DNA of 64,000 nt from Alphaproteobacteria bacterium (GTDB lineage Bacteria > Pseudomonadota > Alphaproteobacteria > UBA828). The translations under genes and the position numbers were made by a program. This document shows positions 1 through 11,751 of the stretch, one piece after another. The notes beneath the pieces were generated by a model that was given only the letters and a program-made list of their open reading frames with translations, was not told where the DNA came from and searched no databases. The stretch spans positions 416,001 to 480,000 of the forward strand of contig CBDCQT010000011.1 in NCBI GenBank assembly GCA_965220745.1, read 5' to 3'. Every line of letters starts with the position of its first letter. Positions within the stretch are counted from its first letter, which is position 1.

Positions 1-1004
1 GCCGTATCGTGCAGCCGGTCACCGCGTTGACCACGGCGGCAGCGGAGGTGGACACCGATACGCTCAGTTTTGCCCCGGAAACGCTGGACCCGGTGGCCGT
101 TCGGCGGGACGAGCTCGGGACGCTGGTCCGCGTCTTCCAAAACATGGTGCGCCAGGTCCAGGCGCGCGAGGAATATCTGGAAAGCATGGTCCGCGCCCGC
201 ACGCGCGAGCTGGAAGCGTCGAACGCGCAGCTGGAAAAAGCCAAGGAGCGGATGGAATCGGAGCTCAAGATCGCGCACGCCTTGCAGGGAGCGATCCTAC
301 CCAAGACGTTGCCGGAGAGTTCGAGCTTTTCGGGGCACGCAGTCATGACGCCTGCGCGCGAAATGGGCGGCGACTTCTACGACTTCTTCACCCTCGACGA
401 CGGTCGCCTCAGCGTGGTCATGGCGGACGTTTCCGGTAAGGGCGTGCCGGCCGCGTTCTTTATGGCGATCGCGCGGACCGTCATGCGGGCCGCCGCGGCC
501 CGGCACCCCACCCCGGGCCCGTGCCTGGAGGAAGTCAACGACGCCATTTGCGAGCAGAATCCCCAGGACCTGTTCGTGACGCTCTTCTACGGCATCCTGA
601 ATCCCGAGACTGGAGAGTTCGTGTACGCCAACGCCGGGCACAACCCGCCCTACGTGGTTCAGCATCCTGGCGCAGTTTCGGCGTTGCCAATGACCGGGGG
701 CATGGCCGTCGGTGTCATGCCCGGATTGCCCTATGCCGAGGACGCGGTAAATCTGGCTCCGGGAGACACGATGTTCCTCTACACCGACGGCATCACCGAG
801 GCCATGAACGTGGACGACGAGGAGTTCACCGAGGCCCGCCTGGAGGCGGTCTTGGCCGAAGGTCGCGATCTGCCTGTCGATTCCATCCTTGAGAATGTCA
901 CCAGCGCGGTGGTTAACTTCGCTGCCGGAGCAGAGCAGTCCGACGACATCACCTGCATCGTGCTGCGCTATGACGGTACGGCAGATCACGGCGCCTCCGG
1001 CTGA
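1..1004 (+). CDS. HAMP + PP2C/SpoIIE (RsbU-like) serine phosphatase, probably 5'-truncated by the window edge
   Basis: HAMP-like segment (RRDELGTLVRVFQNM), a coiled coil, then PP2C motifs GGDFYD, ADVSGKG, YANAGHNPP, LYTDGITEA and SDDIT. Confidence 0.9.
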   Translation, partial: RIVQPVTALTTAAAEVDTDTLSFAPETLDPVAVRRDELGTLVRVFQNMVRQVQAREEYLESMVRARTRELEASNAQLEKAKERMESELKIAHALQGAILPKTLPESSSFSGHAVMTPAREMGGDFYDFFTLDDGRLSVVMADVSGKGVPAAFFMAIARTVMRAAAARHPTPGPCLEEVNDAICEQNPQDLFVTLFYGILNPETGEFVYANAGHNPPYVVQHPGAVSALPMTGGMAVGVMPGLPYAEDAVNLAPGDTMFLYTDGITEAMNVDDEEFTEARLEAVLAEGRDLPVDSILENVTSAVVNFAAGAEQSDDITCIVLRYDGTADHGASG

Positions 1005-1668
1005 GGGCGGCTGGTTGTGCCATCGCGCAGCAACGTATCAAATGAGCGAAGACCATCTGGGGGTGAAGAAATCGGTAGCGGAAATTGCTCTTCCACGCTG
1101 TCATAAGAGAACACGTGCGGTGTGGAACCAGCGCAAACGACGTCAGCTCGAGGTTTGGCGTCAGAAAATGAGTTTCCGAAGCGGCGAAACAGGGAGGCGA
1201 TGATCATGAGCGGATACGAGAAAGTGCCCCCGTAAGAGCAGCTAAGGTGAAGGCGACCGGCGATACCGAGGCGAAAGGGATCGTTGGCGGGACAAGGCAA
1301 GGGAGCCCAAATCACGCCAGCCGACGGAAGGAGAGTTCACGAATTCCGCCGGCGGCCGAAGCCCCGACATTCCGTCGCGAAACCGCCGAGTTGGTCCGCT
1401 AGAACCGAAGCTGCACAGCCAATCCCACGCGTCCCAGCGGGCCCCTGAATTTTGCCAGAGGCCCGGGCGGGGCAGCTACAACAAGCCCGACCAAGCGAGA
1501 TGGGTTCCCTGTCGCCTGGACGGGGCCAAACCTTACGGTCGAACGTTCGACGCCTCGACCTGGGACGGATGGGAGGTATCGGTGGATCCACCCCGGCCCC
1601 TATCGGTGGGCCGGCACAGCGCGACTCAAACATTTTCGTCGTTGCGGTCGCGCCCTTAGGGATAAGCC

Positions 1669-2613
1669 ATGCCCGTTACGTTGCGCCAGCTAAGATACTT
1701 TCAAGCACTGATCGAGCACGGCTCCTTCAGTCGCGCGGCAGAGAGCGTTCACGTCTCGCAACCGGCGCTTTCGCTCCAAATTCGCGAACTGGAGGCTTCG
1801 CTTGGCGGACCGCTGGTCGAGCGCGAGAGCCGCGGCATCCTCCTCACCCCCCTCGGGCGGGAGGCGCATGAGCAGACGCTCCGGATCCTGGACGAAACGC
1901 TGCTTCTCGAAACCATGGGGCAGCGATTCGAAGCGGGTCCGCTCAGAGTCGCCGTTGGAGTCGTCTCTACGCTCGCGCCCTACCTGCTCCCAGGAATGCT
2001 GAGCCATCTGCCCGACGCTTCACCCCGTATCGAAATCGACATCCTGGAAGCACCGGGCCAGGACCTCGTGTCCGGGCTCCTCGCCGGACGTCTCGACGCC
2101 GCCATCGTCTCGCTTCCGCTGGGAATGCTGGAGCTGCCCGAGCGCGAGCTGTTCGAGGACCGCCTCGTGCTCGCCGGCCGCGCCGAGCGTCTCGCCTCGA
2201 TTCGCCGCTCTCTCGGCGACGACTTGCGCCCGGAGGACCTGGCCCGCGCCGACATAGGGCCGCTCCTTACGCTCGGCGACGGTCATTGCCTGGCTGATCA
2301 GGTTCTGGGTGCCTGCCTGATGTGGCGCATGCAAGAGGTGCGCCGCGGAGCACAATCGCTCGCCACACTGTCGCGGCTCGTCGCAAGCGGTGCGGGATTG
2401 ACGCTCCTGCCTGAGACGGCCGCGCTCGCCGAGAGCACGGCCACCCCGGAGCTGAGTTTTCTCCGTTTCGCTGCGCCTGAGCCCCTGCGGCGGATCGGCC
2501 TCACCCATCGCGTCGCCGCTCACGGCCAACGCTGGATCGATCTGCTGGCGGAGGCTGCGACGAGAGCCGGTCAGGCTCTCACGGAGGAGGCACAGAAAGA
2601 AATCGGATCGTGA
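1669..2613 (+). CDS. oxyR: OxyR-like LysR-family hydrogen peroxide-responsive regulator
   Basis: LysR HTH (TLRQLRYF...SFSRAAE...VSQPALSLQIRELE) and redox C-x8-C motif GHCLADQVLGAC. Confidence 0.8.
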   Translation: MPVTLRQLRYFQALIEHGSFSRAAESVHVSQPALSLQIRELEASLGGPLVERESRGILLTPLGREAHEQTLRILDETLLLETMGQRFEAGPLRVAVGVVSTLAPYLLPGMLSHLPDASPRIEIDILEAPGQDLVSGLLAGRLDAAIVSLPLGMLELPERELFEDRLVLAGRAERLASIRRSLGDDLRPEDLARADIGPLLTLGDGHCLADQVLGACLMWRMQEVRRGAQSLATLSRLVASGAGLTLLPETAALAESTATPELSFLRFAAPEPLRRIGLTHRVAAHGQRWIDLLAEAATRAGQALTEEAQKEIGS

Positions 2614-2659
2614 GCATAGCCGCGCCTCTTGCGCGGAGGGGTGATTGGGCTTCAGGCAG

Positions 2660-2998
2660 TCAGCCGTCGACAGAAGCGAGTGCTTCGTCTCGCGACGCGT
2701 GGACCGGGATGATGGTGTCGAAGCCGCTCGTCTCGAAGACGACCCGGACCTGATCCGAAAGCGAGTGCAGCGCGAACCGCGTGTCGCGATTCGAAAGGCT
2801 CTTGGCGATCGCGAGTACGGTACGGAGGCCCGCGCTACCCAGGTACTCGAGCCTCTCGCAGTCCACGATGACCGCGCGGTCGCTGTCGGCGATCGCAGTT
2901 TCGATCGCCTCCCGGAACTCGAGCACGGTGGAGCCGTCAATGCGGCCTTCCACCCGCACCGATAGCACGCCGTCCTTCCGATCCATCGTTACGTCCAT
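2660..2998 (-). CDS. STAS-domain anti-sigma factor antagonist (RsbV/SpoIIAA-like)
   Basis: ATG at 2998; GRID...VIVDCERLEYLGSAGLR containing the phospho-acceptor Ser motif; VFETSGFD. Confidence 0.9.
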   Translation of the reverse strand: MDVTMDRKDGVLSVRVEGRIDGSTVLEFREAIETAIADSDRAVIVDCERLEYLGSAGLRTVLAIAKSLSNRDTRFALHSLSDQVRVVFETSGFDTIIPVHASRDEALASVDG

Positions 2999-3080
2999 GG
3001 CGCCTGACCCCGCCACGAGTGCCCCTGTTGCGGCTCGACCCGATTCCGCCTGGTGCGGCGTTCGCTTCGCTCGACCGGCG

Positions 3081-4385
3081 TCATACGACAGCGAGCCGCT
3101 CAAGCGCAGGCGGGCGCGGCCCTCCGGTCGCCCAGTCGAGCAACTCGACCGTGTGCACCACCGGCAACGTGGTGTGGCCGGCGATCTGGACCATGCAGCC
3201 GATATTGCCTGCAGCCACGAGCGCGGCACCGGTGCCTTCGATTGCCGCTGCCTTGCGAGCGCCGAGTTCACCGGCCAAGTCGGGCTGAAGCATATTGTAT
3301 GTGCCCGCCGAGCCGCAGCAGAAATGCCCGTCCGGGACCGTTCGCACGGTAAAGCCGGCAGCGGCAAGGAGCGTCATCGGCTGTCGGTCGAGCTTCTGGC
3401 CGTGCTGCAGCGAGCAGGCCGAGTGATAGGCGACGGGTGCATTCGTCGGCGGCGTCGCGGAGCCCGAGACGCCCAGTTCGTCGAGCACCTCGCTGACATC
3501 GCGGGCGAGCGCTGCCACCTGCGCCCCGGCTTCGGCGCGGGTCTCGTCGTCCTTGAGCAGGTGGCCAAAGTCCTTGAGCATCGTCCCGCAGCCGGACGCC
3601 GTGGCGACGATCGCATCGAGACCGCCCTGGGCTGCCTCGCGCGCGAATGAGGCCGCCGTACGTCCGGCTTGCGCGTGGCCCCGCTCCTCGTCTCCCAGAT
3701 GGTGCGCAAGTGCGCCGCAACAGCCGGCGCCGCGCGGCACCACCACTTCGCAGCCGTGGCGCGTGAGCACGCGTACCGCCGCTTCGTTGATCTCCGGCGC
3801 GAGCACGCATTGCACGCAACCCGTGAGCAGCGCCACCCGCTTGCGCCGCTGCCCCTGGGCCGGGATGACCTGCGGCCGTTCCACCCAGCTCGGTCCGTAC
3901 GACGGACGGCCCGCAAGCCTGAGCAGGGCGCCGAGCCTTCCACCGAAGAGCGGCGCCAGCAGCGCCGGCCCCCGCGCGGCGAGGAGCGCAAGGCGCGCCA
4001 AACTGGGGCGGGGCAGCACAGCGCCCAGCAGGGTGCGAATCGCGCGCTCGACGAGCGGTCGTTCCCAGGTGCGCTCGATGTGGCCGCGCGCATGGTCGAC
4101 CAAGTGCATGTAGTCGACCCCCGCCGGGCAGGTCGTCATGCAGGAGAGGCAGGAGAGGCAGCGGTCGATGTGGCGGGTGACCGTGGCGTCGGCCGGCGCG
4201 TCCTGCTCCAGCATGTCCTTGATCAGGTAGATGCGCCCGCGCGGACTGTCCCGCTCGTCGCCAAGGATCGCGTAAGTCGGGCAGGTGGCGAGGCAGAGAC
4301 CGCAATGGACGCAGGTGCGGAGCACCTCGTTGGCTTGCGCCAGTGCCGGGAGCGCCAGCTGGCTCTCGGTGAACTGGGTCTGCAT
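3081..4385 (-). CDS. glcF: Glycolate oxidase iron-sulfur subunit
   Basis: Start MQTQF at 4385; CVHCGLCLATCP and CLSCLSCMTTCP ferredoxin motifs; two CCG domains; follows glcE. Confidence 0.95.
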   Translation of the reverse strand: MQTQFTESQLALPALAQANEVLRTCVHCGLCLATCPTYAILGDERDSPRGRIYLIKDMLEQDAPADATVTRHIDRCLSCLSCMTTCPAGVDYMHLVDHARGHIERTWERPLVERAIRTLLGAVLPRPSLARLALLAARGPALLAPLFGGRLGALLRLAGRPSYGPSWVERPQVIPAQGQRRKRVALLTGCVQCVLAPEINEAAVRVLTRHGCEVVVPRGAGCCGALAHHLGDEERGHAQAGRTAASFAREAAQGGLDAIVATASGCGTMLKDFGHLLKDDETRAEAGAQVAALARDVSEVLDELGVSGSATPPTNAPVAYHSACSLQHGQKLDRQPMTLLAAAGFTVRTVPDGHFCCGSAGTYNMLQPDLAGELGARKAAAIEGTGAALVAAGNIGCMVQIAGHTTLPVVHTVELLDWATGGPRPPALERLAVV

Positions 4386-4390
4386 CGGCG

Positions 4391-5608
4391 CTAGACGCCC
4401 GCGTACATGCGCCCGGGATTGAGCACGCCGGTCGGATCGAAAGCCCGCTTGATGCGCTCGGTCAGAGCCGCGAGGCCCGCCGCCTGGGGCTGGAATACCG
4501 CGCGTGCCGCCCGTGTCGGCGCATCGGCGCGGACCAGAGTCGCGTGCCCGCCCACCGCCGTGGCGGCAGCCCGCACCGCCGCTTCGCCCGCATCCTCCGC
4601 CCCGTCGACCGCAAGCCAGACGAGCCCGCCGCCCCAATCGAAAAGGGTGCGCACGTCTGCCGCGTGCGCGACCCGTGCGGCGGCGGCTGCACCCGATGCG
4701 GGCGGCACCGAGAGGCGCCAGAGCGGCCCGCTTTCGTCGACAAAGGCCCGGACGTCCCGAATTTCGCTCCAGAGTGTGGCCGAGTTCTTCGAGTGAAGCT
4801 CCTCGACCGCGCCGAAGCGCCCGAGCAGCTCACGTAACGCCTGGCAGCGCGCCTCGACCGAAGCGGGGAAGCCTTCGACCCGAACCGCGCTGACCGAAGC
4901 ACCGGCGCTCGCGACGTAGGAGACGGCCGAGCGCGCCGCGGCCTCGGCCGGCATGTGGGCCGCGCCCGAGACCTCGTGCGCGCTGGAGAGTGCAGCCTCC
5001 AAGGCGTCCATCGCCGCAGCCGGCTCCAGCCCATAGACCAGGACTGTACGCGTCCGCTCCGGCGTGGGCAGGACCTTGACCGTCACCTCGTGCATGAGTG
5101 CGAGCGTGCCGTAGGAGCCTGCGAGCAGCTTGCAGACATCGTAACCGGTCACGTTCTTGACCACGCGGCCGCCGGCCTTGAAGCGCTCGCCCCGCCCGCT
5201 TACCGCGTGCACGCCAAGAAAGTGATCGCGCGCTGCGCCCGCCTTGATCCGACGCGGGCCAGAGAGGTTGCAGGCCAGCGCACCGCCGAGCGTCGCGCTG
5301 CCGTTCGTGCCCAACAGGGGCGCATAATCGGCGGGCTCGAACGCCAGCATCTGCCGCTCGGCCCTGATCGCGGCTTCAATAGTGGCGAGCGGCGTTGCCG
5401 CCTTGGCCGTCAGCACGAGCTCCGAGGGCTGATAGTCGACGATGCCGTCGAACGCGGCGAGCGAGAGGGTGGCCGCGCTCTGCACCGGCCGGCCAAAGTC
5501 CCGCTTGGAGCCGCCGGCGATGACCTCAAGCGGTTGTTCGCCTGCAACGGCCCAGCGCACGGCATCCGCGAGGCCGTCCGCGTCCGTCGGCGCCAGATTG
5601 TCGGACAT
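4391..5608 (-). CDS. glcE: Glycolate oxidase FAD-binding subunit
   Basis: ATG at 5608 overlapping the glcD stop; SGPRR...RDHFLG, GGRVVKNVTGYD, FDPTGVLNPGR. Confidence 0.95.
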   Translation of the reverse strand: MSDNLAPTDADGLADAVRWAVAGEQPLEVIAGGSKRDFGRPVQSAATLSLAAFDGIVDYQPSELVLTAKAATPLATIEAAIRAERQMLAFEPADYAPLLGTNGSATLGGALACNLSGPRRIKAGAARDHFLGVHAVSGRGERFKAGGRVVKNVTGYDVCKLLAGSYGTLALMHEVTVKVLPTPERTRTVLVYGLEPAAAMDALEAALSSAHEVSGAAHMPAEAAARSAVSYVASAGASVSAVRVEGFPASVEARCQALRELLGRFGAVEELHSKNSATLWSEIRDVRAFVDESGPLWRLSVPPASGAAAAARVAHAADVRTLFDWGGGLVWLAVDGAEDAGEAAVRAAATAVGGHATLVRADAPTRAARAVFQPQAAGLAALTERIKRAFDPTGVLNPGRMYAGV

Positions 5609-7098
5609 CAGAAGCGGGGAAGGTCGGGGAACGGCGTCTCGCCGCGGTGGACGTGCATCTGGCCGAGCTCGGCGCAGCGATGCAGCGTCGGGAAGACCTT
5701 TCCGGGGTTGAGCAGCTGGTCGGGATCGAAGGCGCACTTGATCCGCTGTTGCTGCTTGAGATCGTCCTCGCTGAACATCGTGCCCATCAGGTCGCGCTTC
5801 TCGACGCCGACCCCGTGCTCGCCGGTGAGCACGCCGCCTACCTCGACGCAGAGCTTGAGAATTTCCGACCCCATCTCCTCAGTGCGCTGGAGCGCGCCGG
5901 GGATGCTGGAATCGTACATGATCAACGGATGCAGATTGCCGTCGCCCGCGTGGAAGACGTTGGCGACCGGCAGGTCGTATTCGCGGGAGAGCTCGCCGAT
6001 CCGGGTCAGCACCTCGGGCAGGCGCGCGCGCGGAATGGTGCCGTCCATGACGTAGTAGTCGGGCGCCATGCGGCCTGCGGCGCCGAAGGCGGACTTGCGG
6101 CCGAGCCAGAAGCGCTCGCGCTCTTCCTCGCTCTCGCTCGCGCGGATCGTCGTTGCCCCCGACTTCCGGGCGAGGTCGCCGACGAGCGCGACGAGCTCGT
6201 CGACCTCGACCTCGGGCCCGTCCAGCTCGCAGATCAGGATCGCCGCGACGTCCATGGGATAGCCGGGCTGGCAGAAGCTTTCCGCCGCCTCGATCGCCGG
6301 CTTGTCCATCATCTCCAGGCCGGCAGGAATGATTCCGGCGGCGATGATCTCGCCCACGCAGGCGCCGGCCGATGCGTTGTCGGGGAAGCCGAGCAGGAGC
6401 GCGCGCACCGTGGCGGGCTTGGGCAGCAGCCGCACCGTCACCTCGGTGACGACCCCAAGCAGTCCCTCCGAGCCGGTCACCACGCCGAGCAGGTCATAGC
6501 CCTCGGCATCGAACTGCTTGCCGCCGAAGCGCAGGACCTCGCCGTCCATCAGCACCAGCTCGACGCCGAGCAGGTTGTTGGTGGTGAGCCCGTACTTGAG
6601 GCAGTGCACGCCGCCGGAATTCTCGGCCACGTTGCCGCCGATGGAGCAGGCAATCTGGCTGGAGGGATCCGGCGCATAGTAGAAGCCGTAAGGGCTGACT
6701 GCCGTGCTGATGGCGAGATTGGCGACGCCCGGTTGGACCACGGCGCAGCGGTTGGCAGTGTCGATTTCGAGGACTCGGTTGAGCTTGCCGAAGCCCACGG
6801 TGACCCCGTCGGCAAGCGGTAGGGCCCCGCCGGAAAGGCCGGTGCCGGCGCCGCGCGGCACGATCTTGACGCCGCGCTCGTGGCAGAGTGCCAGCACGCG
6901 GCTGACTTCCTGCGTATCGCGCGGCAGGACGACGACCATCGGCAGCGACCGGTAGGCGCTTAGGCCGTCGCACTCGAAGGGGCGCAAGCCCCGCTCGTCG
7001 TCGATCACGCAGTCCTCGGGCAGCAGCTTGCGCAGCGCGGCAACCAGGGACTGGCGCTGGCTGATGACGCCCGCGTCGGGCTCAGGCATGGCGATCAC
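5608..7098 (-). CDS. glcD: Glycolate oxidase subunit D (FAD-linked oxidase)
   Basis: RGAGTGLSGG, APDPSSQIACSIGGN, HAGDGNLHP, GEHGVGVEK; GTG start with AAAGG RBS. Confidence 0.95.
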   Translation of the reverse strand: MIAMPEPDAGVISQRQSLVAALRKLLPEDCVIDDERGLRPFECDGLSAYRSLPMVVVLPRDTQEVSRVLALCHERGVKIVPRGAGTGLSGGALPLADGVTVGFGKLNRVLEIDTANRCAVVQPGVANLAISTAVSPYGFYYAPDPSSQIACSIGGNVAENSGGVHCLKYGLTTNNLLGVELVLMDGEVLRFGGKQFDAEGYDLLGVVTGSEGLLGVVTEVTVRLLPKPATVRALLLGFPDNASAGACVGEIIAAGIIPAGLEMMDKPAIEAAESFCQPGYPMDVAAILICELDGPEVEVDELVALVGDLARKSGATTIRASESEEERERFWLGRKSAFGAAGRMAPDYYVMDGTIPRARLPEVLTRIGELSREYDLPVANVFHAGDGNLHPLIMYDSSIPGALQRTEEMGSEILKLCVEVGGVLTGEHGVGVEKRDLMGTMFSEDDLKQQQRIKCAFDPDQLLNPGKVFPTLHRCAELGQMHVHRGETPFPDLPRF

Positions 7099-7148
7099 GG
7101 CAGCACCTTTCGGAGCCCGGCGAGGCCCCTCCCTTGTGAGCGTGACGG

Positions 7149-7177
7149 ATTGTCGGTGCGCACGTGCCGCCCGTCAA
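7149..7177 (-). promoter_or_regulatory. Putative sigma70 promoter of glcDEF
   Basis: TTGACG-N17-GACAAT on the minus strand. Confidence 0.55.
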
Positions 7178-7213
7178 TGCGAGGCGGCGGTGTGCCGGAG
7201 CAGCCCGGTGCGG

Positions 7214-7339
7214 TCAGCCCTGGCGCGCCTTGAAGCGCGGGTTGCGCTTGTTGATGACCAGCACGCGCCCCTTGCGCCGCACGATCTGGCAATCCTTGTG
7301 GCGCTTCTTGGCGGCGCGCAGCGAGTTGAAGACCTTCAT
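7214..7339 (-). CDS. rpmJ: 50S ribosomal protein L36, type B (zinc-free)
   Basis: Translated by hand (too short for the ORF track): [41 protein letters not shown]; GGAGGGG RBS. Confidence 0.97.
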   Translation of the reverse strand: MKVFNSLRAAKKRHKDCQIVRRKGRVLVINKRNPRFKARQG

Positions 7340-7366
7340 TGTCATCCCCTCCCGGCAGGGCGGCGC

Positions 7367-7395
7367 ACCATAGGGAGCATCTTCGCCCCTGTCAA
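7367..7395 (-). promoter_or_regulatory. Putative sigma70 promoter of rpmJ
   Basis: TTGACA-N17-TATGGT on the minus strand. Confidence 0.7.
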
Positions 7396-7405
7396 TTGGT
7401 GCCGC

Positions 7406-8260
7406 CTACGCTTGGCGGAGCGTCTGCCGCTGGCGACCGAGGCCCTCGATCTCCAGTTCCATCACGTCGCCGGGCTCGAGATAGACCGGCGGCTTCATGC
7501 CCATGCCGACGCCGGGCGGGGTGCCGGTCGAGATCACATCGCCCGCATCAAGCACCATGAACTGGCTGAGATAGTGCACGAGGTGGGCCACGCCGAAGAT
7601 CATCGTGGCCGTGCTGCCGGTCTGGCGCACCTCGCCGTTCACCGTGAGCGACATGGCGAGGCTCTGCGGATCGGCAATCTCGTCGGGCGTGACCAGCCAG
7701 GGCCCGGTGGGGCAGAAGGTCCGGGCCGACTTGCCCTTGATCCAGGTGGGGCCGCGTTGGAGCTGGAAGTCGCGCTCCGAGACATCGTTGCAGATGCAGT
7801 ACCCGGCGACATGGTCGAGCGCCGCCGCCTCGTCGGGCAGATACTCGCAGGTGCGGCCGATCACCACGCCGAGCTCGACCTCCCAGTCGGTCTTCGTGCT
7901 CCCGCGCGGGATCAGCACGTCGTCATCCGGCCCGCTGTAGGAGCTCGGCGCCTTGGAGAAGACCACCGGCTCGGTCGGAATATCCATCCCTGCCTCCTTG
8001 GCGTGGTCGGCGAAGTTGAGGCCGATGGCGATGATGTGGCCGGGCCGCGCCACCGGCGGGCCGATCCGCGTGCCGGGATCGACCCTGGGGAAGCGATCCG
8101 TGCCCTCGCCCAAGGCCTTCGCCAGCCGGTCGATGCCGCCGCCTTCGAGCCAGACACCGTCGATCTCGCCGACCGCGCTCGATACGTCGATGATGGTTCC
8201 GTCGTCCAGCATCACGGCTGGCCGCTCGGCGCCTGCCTCGCCCACACGCAACAGCTTCAT
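7406..8260 (-). CDS. Fumarylacetoacetate hydrolase family protein
   Basis: Start MKLLRVG at 8260; IGLNFADH, DWEVELG, NDVSERD, GPWLVTPDE, TGTPPGVG. Confidence 0.92.
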   Translation of the reverse strand: MKLLRVGEAGAERPAVMLDDGTIIDVSSAVGEIDGVWLEGGGIDRLAKALGEGTDRFPRVDPGTRIGPPVARPGHIIAIGLNFADHAKEAGMDIPTEPVVFSKAPSSYSGPDDDVLIPRGSTKTDWEVELGVVIGRTCEYLPDEAAALDHVAGYCICNDVSERDFQLQRGPTWIKGKSARTFCPTGPWLVTPDEIADPQSLAMSLTVNGEVRQTGSTATMIFGVAHLVHYLSQFMVLDAGDVISTGTPPGVGMGMKPPVYLEPGDVMELEIEGLGRQRQTLRQA

Positions 8261-8441
8261 CGGTTTTCTCCCGGGTCTGAAACCGCGCGCACTATACCAG
8301 CGCCCCTGACCGGTACCAGCCCGGCGCAGGTTGCGCTCGCTGCGCTCTTCCTCTATTTTCCGCCGCGCCGGCGGGCCGCCCCGGCGCGCGCAGCCGCGTG
8401 CACACGTGCCTTCCTCCCCATCGCTCAACGAGGTTGCCACC

Positions 8442-10535
<2,094 letters not shown>

Positions 10536-10576
10536 TGCACCGAAGCGCGGGAGGGGGAGCGACGGGGGAAGCCGCC

Positions 10577-11068
10577 CTACTGGCTTCTCGGAGCCGGCCG
10601 GCCGATGTTGCCGAAAAGCTGCTCCAGCAGGCCGAGCTCGCGGCCGCGCGTCGCGGTTTCCTCGTCAATCGGCACGACTGCGCGCGCCTCTTCGGTCGAT
10701 ACCGACGTGACCTCGGCCACGACGCCGCTCTCGTCGAAGGCGATCACGATGACGCTTTGGTCGACCAATTCGGGCGCGTTGAACGCCTCCGTCTCCGTGC
10801 GGCGGCTGATGTAGTACCAGCGCGCGTCGTCGAAGGTCCCCACCGCCGACGGCGTGCCCAGCAGGCGCGCGACCTCCGCGCGGGTCTGCACGCCGGGCTT
10901 GATCTCGGCCAGCGCTTCCGGATCGCTGACATGGCCTTGCTGATGGACGATCGGCGTGCAGCCGGCGAGAAGCGCCGCCGCCAACGCGCAGCCGAGCAAG
11001 GCGCGACCGCCGCGCCAGCCTGGCGCGCGCGCTGCGGCACTCACTGCGTATCCGCGCCGGAGCCTCAT
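10577..11068 (-). CDS. bamE: Outer membrane protein assembly lipoprotein BamE (SmpA/OmlA)
   Basis: Lipobox LAGC; TRAEVARLLGTPS...WYYIS; LFGNIG C-terminus; GGAGG RBS before ATG 11068. Confidence 0.9.
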   Translation of the reverse strand: MRLRRGYAVSAAARAPGWRGGRALLGCALAAALLAGCTPIVHQQGHVSDPEALAEIKPGVQTRAEVARLLGTPSAVGTFDDARWYYISRRTETEAFNAPELVDQSVIVIAFDESGVVAEVTSVSTEEARAVVPIDEETATRGRELGLLEQLFGNIGRPAPRSQ

Positions 11069-11142
11069 GGGAACCACCTCCGCTCGACGAGCCGCGCCAA
11101 CCTGCGCGCGTTGTCGGGGCGTGTCAACGGCACGCGCGGGGT

Positions 11143-11751
11143 ATGGCGGAACGGGCCGTCATGGCGGTCGGGCGCGTCTGGCGCCATCTGAAGGGGCGCA
11201 AGCGCCGGCGTGAGGCGGCCCGCCGCCTCTATACGGTAGCAGTACGTCAGGCGCGCGATCCGATCCTCTACACCGAGGGCGGGGTTGCCGACACGCTCGA
11301 TGGCCGCTTCGACCTGATCGTGCTGCACGTGGTGCCGGTGATGCGCAGGCTGCGCCAGTGCGACGACGCAGGCCGGCAACTGAGCCAGGCGCTCTTCGAC
11401 GTGATGTTCGACGACATGGACCAAAGCCTGCGGGAGATGGGCGTCGGAGACCTGCGCGTCGGCAAGCGGGTGAAGCAGATGGCGCGCGCCTTCTACGGGC
11501 GCGCCAAGGCCTACGATCAGGCATTCGAGCAGGCGCCGGGGGCGGAACGCCGCCAAGCCATCGCCGAGGCGCTGGAGCGCAACGTCTACAACAACGCGCC
11601 GCCGCCCGCCGCCCGCTTGCTCGCGATGGCCGCCTATGTCGAGACGATTCTGGACGCACTCGATGGACAAAACGCGGAGACGCTGCTCGGCGGCGAGGTT
11701 GAGCTGCCCCTCGTGCCCCCGCTCGCGGCTGCGGCGGAAGGCGGCCAATGA
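11143..11751 (+). CDS. Ubiquinol-cytochrome c chaperone (Cbp3/UQCC1 family)
   Basis: GVADTLDGRFD, MDQSLREMGVGD, AFYGR; conserved position divergent from bamE. Confidence 0.9.
   Translation: MAERAVMAVGRVWRHLKGRKRRREAARRLYTVAVRQARDPILYTEGGVADTLDGRFDLIVLHVVPVMRRLRQCDDAGRQLSQALFDVMFDDMDQSLREMGVGDLRVGKRVKQMARAFYGRAKAYDQAFEQAPGAERRQAIAEALERNVYNNAPPPAARLLAMAAYVETILDALDGQNAETLLGGEVELPLVPPLAAAAEGGQ

Noticed and set aside
1200-1235. Mini-ORF MIMSGYEKVPP with GGGAGG RBS; with frameshifts it would read like a KatG N-terminus (MSDTRKCPV)
   Set aside because: It needs ad hoc indels, no WWPN motif follows, and the orientation is not divergent from oxyR
1180-1370. Riboswitch-like fragments (AACAGGGA...TGCCCCCG, cobalamin-like; GGAGAG...GCCGAAG, glycine-like)
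   Set aside because: The remaining conserved elements (GCAACTGT/B12 box; CTCTCAGG) and the expected stems are absent
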